A DNA stretch of 62,060 nt from Patescibacteria group bacterium (GTDB lineage Bacteria; Patescibacteriota; Microgenomatia; UBA10105; UBA927), in assembly GCA_041753515.1 (NCBI GenBank), contig JBGSUE010000056.1:1-62060 (forward strand). Direction: 5' to 3'. A program made the position numbers and the translations under genes. The notes under the pieces are model-generated. The model did not search any database and was not told the origin of the DNA. It worked only from the letters and a program-made list of their open reading frames with translations. Shown here in pieces: positions 60,101 to 62,060 of the stretch (positions within the stretch are counted from its first letter, which is position 1; each line of letters begins with the position of its first letter).

Positions 60101-61796
60101 CGATGATGGCAGTTTTGTATCCGTTTTTAAACAGACGGGCTCCAAGATCACAGTCTTCCGTGACATTGAACGGATCCCACCCATGAAGGGATAGAATCTC
60201 GTGTGTACGGAAATGATTACTTGTGCCTCCCAAGGGTATGCTTGTATTGGCGTTTTGAAGACCGGTCAGAATGACGTCGAACCAGAGAGAATATTCTGCA
60301 GTAAAAAATCTGGTTAATAGGTTGTGGTGCGGATTGTAATAATTCAATTTTGCCTGCAAACATGCAATCGTCGGATCTAAATGTTTAAACGTATAGTAGG
60401 CCTTTTTCAGCTGGTCCGGCTCCGGTTTATCTTCCGCATCGTAAATAACGACATATTCCCCTTTTGCATGTGATAGTCCCCAGTTACATGCTTTCGGTTT
60501 TGTTTTTGGCTTTCCTTCAGGAACCGTCAGGACTTCCATATACGAGGGGAGATCCATATGACGTATGGCCTTCATTGTATCCGCATCGTCTTCTTCCAGA
60601 AGAAGTTTTACGTCAAGCCTGTTTTTTGGCCAGTCCAGCCTGTTAATCGAATCGATAAACTGGGGGATGACATGAGCTTCACGGTACAGGGGACATAAAA
60701 TCGTGTACACCGGAAGATCCTTGTTTTGTAGTGATGTTATTTCAGTCTCGCCTACGACAATTTCCGGCGGAAAATACAGGCTTTTCAAGACAAGCCACAG
60801 ATTGAAAAGGACGTCGGCGAAATAGAGGAAACTGAGAAAAGCCACGATTATTGTAAATGTCAGACGAATATCACGAACAAGACCAAAGAGAAACGCTAAC
60901 AGAAGCACAGCAATAAACAATTGTTGCGTTTTTGTGAGGGTAATGATCGCGGATGAGGAATGAGGCAGAGATGAATGAGTAATATAATCAGTGCCTTTGT
61001 GCCGGTACCCCATACCGATCATTGATCCTGATTTATTACTGTGAACTTGGTACACTTTACTGGATCGTAATTTGAGCTTGAGATAGTTCAATACTATATG
61101 ACCAGTGACAGTAATAATATTCACTTTAGATTTCCCGGATTTTCGTTTTTCAAATAGAATATCGACAGATCCGATCGAATATCCTAAATCACGCGCTGTG
61201 ACAAGAAGTACAAGATCAGTCGCCCAAGGAGAAATTGATGATTCTTCTATTTCAAGAGCAATATGCTTACGGAATACCTTCATCCCGGACTGGATATCGT
61301 AGGGCATCCGGTAAAGAATTTTTCCAAAAAGAAAAGAATCAATGCTGGATGCAATTTTTCTTACAATACTACCCGCATAGTGTTTTCTTCGGGCTACAAC
61401 AACACCGTTATTTTTCAATTGTCGCAACATGTCAGGAAGTTTTTCCGGCGGATACTGCAGATCTGCATCAATAAAACCGACAGTATCATATGCTGATTGC
61501 CGGATACCCATAAAAATGGATTTCCATTTTCCCCTCTCTTTTTCGGATCGTTTTAGTAGAAGTTTTATAGGATATTTATTCTTAAGTCGGCTAATAACTC
61601 TGCGCGTGGTGTCGGTAGACAAATCATCAACGAAAATGAGTTCATAAACAATATCAGCGCTTGTAAATGTTTTGTGGATTCTTTCAACGAGGGGAATGAT
61701 AGTATTTTCTTCGTTCATGACAGGAACGATAAGACTGATTGAGGATGTACGTGGTTGATTTCTTTTTCGTGACAGCTTCATGACGATATAACCCAA
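57123..61796 (-). CDS. Multidomain fusion: GT2 (Dol-P-Man-synthase-like) + processive GT2 + Wzx/MATE-like flippase + GT4
   Basis: VPVMNEE..DDLSTD..DADLQ; KPKA, YDAED, TEDCD, QRSRW; ~12-14 TM block; GGAE, GRL..YK, PSLMEGWG...EANACG. Confidence 0.85.
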   Translation of the reverse strand: MGYIVMKLSRKRNQPRTSSISLIVPVMNEENTIIPLVERIHKTFTSADIVYELIFVDDLSTDTTRRVISRLKNKYPIKLLLKRSEKERGKWKSIFMGIRQSAYDTVGFIDADLQYPPEKLPDMLRQLKNNGVVVARRKHYAGSIVRKIASSIDSFLFGKILYRMPYDIQSGMKVFRKHIALEIEESSISPWATDLVLLVTARDLGYSIGSVDILFEKRKSGKSKVNIITVTGHIVLNYLKLKLRSSKVYQVHSNKSGSMIGMGYRHKGTDYITHSSLPHSSSAIITLTKTQQLFIAVLLLAFLFGLVRDIRLTFTIIVAFLSFLYFADVLFNLWLVLKSLYFPPEIVVGETEITSLQNKDLPVYTILCPLYREAHVIPQFIDSINRLDWPKNRLDVKLLLEEDDADTMKAIRHMDLPSYMEVLTVPEGKPKTKPKACNWGLSHAKGEYVVIYDAEDKPEPDQLKKAYYTFKHLDPTIACLQAKLNYYNPHHNLLTRFFTAEYSLWFDVILTGLQNANTSIPLGGTSNHFRTHEILSLHGWDPFNVTEDCDLGARLFKNGYKTAIIDSTTYEEANSHLGNWIRQRSRWIKGYIQTYFVHMRSPWTFIKNHGVHALMFQMVVGGKIAFILINPILWIVTISYFILYRYVGEAIESVYPTWVFYMAATSMVFGNFLCMYYYMIGCAKRGQYAIIKYVFLVPFYWLLVSISAIKSVIQLIIKPYYWEKTHHGLHIKHIKNSEALSEKKQIFQQKAWRFTGSTLGGASMLIAASGIANVINFALSAYLTRSISFEAFGLIALVNNVWALADIPIGSIGRTVSYRSAFIFGKYGVYAASFWRIVRKRLLYITLGVSFLWAILIPYSSRFFQTGSAIPFLFFTPVWIIATLSSVDMGLLSGSHKFALIAAIIVIESISKFLYAVILVSTGFIHDVYIAIPLSMATSFMVGWFAVKRLARSITADTQSYNLRFPKWFLGTTVMQDVSTVVFFSLDVILAKHYLPPKEAGQYALLSIIGKIILFIGSAFAQFFNPVISKAEGLGRGTWHIFIKLLGISTAASMVAYLVIGVYGEYTAPLLFGPKALPILEYLPTYAAAILIFSISRNMIIYQQIKKRHIIPITALLFAGAQLYLLTIHHGSIAEFVNIQFAISIALIIGIIFMSTLSIILDTIESNYEDITGLFKPMAIQPSGSGSKTILIYNWRDIHHAWAGGAEVYIHELAKRWVAMGHTVIVFSARSLKNPSHEIIDGVHLMRHGHVFSVYIWAWLYYLTHFKKTADVIIDSENGIPFFTPLYSKQKIFLLIHHVHQRVFRTSLTPPFSWIATFLEGKLMPYIYRKVKVITVSPSSKADIIDHNLTDTDPSIIYCGVDNTLYTPGIKSKIPLVAYVGRLKSYKSLHVFIRAALEILKHIPTVRFIIAGNGEEKRRLMELADRLNIEKYIDFVGTVTNEEKIRIYQKAWVFVNPSLMEGWGITSIEANACGTPVVASNVSGLRDSVYNPHSGFLVPYGNHEEFAKHITLLLKNPALRQRMSREATKWASKFEWDKSASQFLNLIDKSNRSGTCI

Positions 61797-61962
61797 AGAA
61801 CCTGTAATATTACAGGCTTTTATTACTGATATTTTTATTGGATACCCTTAATGTGAAGAATCAGGCAGCCACAAAAAGAAATCCATAAAAACTGTTTGCT
61901 CTTTATATCACATTAACCTATAGTTGTAAAGACACAAACTATAGTTAGTATTATAAAAAACA

Positions 61963-62060
61963 AGGGTCTTGCCCAGTTAAGCACTAGTACAATCTAAGTA
62001 TTAGTGCGATAAACTGGACAAATATGACCATCAAGTTCTGCATGCGGTTAAACCGCAATA
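61963..62060 (+). mobile_element. Left end of the same IS1595-like element, truncated by window edge
   Basis: Identical inverted copy of 42-139; transposase-like ORF starts at 62024 (MTIKFCMRLNRN). Confidence 0.65.

Overview
Chromosomal contig (62 kb) from a small-genome monoderm bacterium, most likely Patescibacteria/CPR (Microgenomates-like). This is an inference from the type IV pilus locus without PilQ, short ThrS/PheT/HolB, many GT-C glycosyltransferases and many apparently leaderless genes. The standard genetic code fits. Both ends terminate in the same left end of a probable IS1595-family element, in inverted orientation (98 bp identical). Content in order: Xer-type recombinase; an unusual Ntn-hydrolase + Ddl-like ATP-grasp + C39-like peptidase trio; folD, gyrA, ppa, gyrB, holB; a complete T4P locus with two embedded GT-C glycosyltransferases; trmD-khpA-rpsP-rnc-nusB-rpmF-recG; a GIY-YIG nuclease gene inside a pair of REP-like palindromes; tyrS; class A PBP; thrS-infC-rpmI-rplT-pheS-pheT; and a ~20 kb glycan locus (CDP-branched-sugar genes, GT2/GT4/GT-C, GNATs, deacetylase, a 1557-aa GT2-GT2-flippase-GT4 fusion). 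The strongest unexplained signals are: (1) a very compact ~140-nt thrS T-box with an ultrashort Stem I carrying an apical ACC specifier; (2) a REP-doublet family with a nuclease-filled copy and empty copies, some carrying smaller nested palindromes; (3) a four-segment attenuator-like structure that would use the 3' end of rplT as the pheST leader; (4) the ATP-grasp/Ntn/C39 module. No rRNA, tRNA or CRISPR array was seen. All calls are from motif reading only, with no database search.
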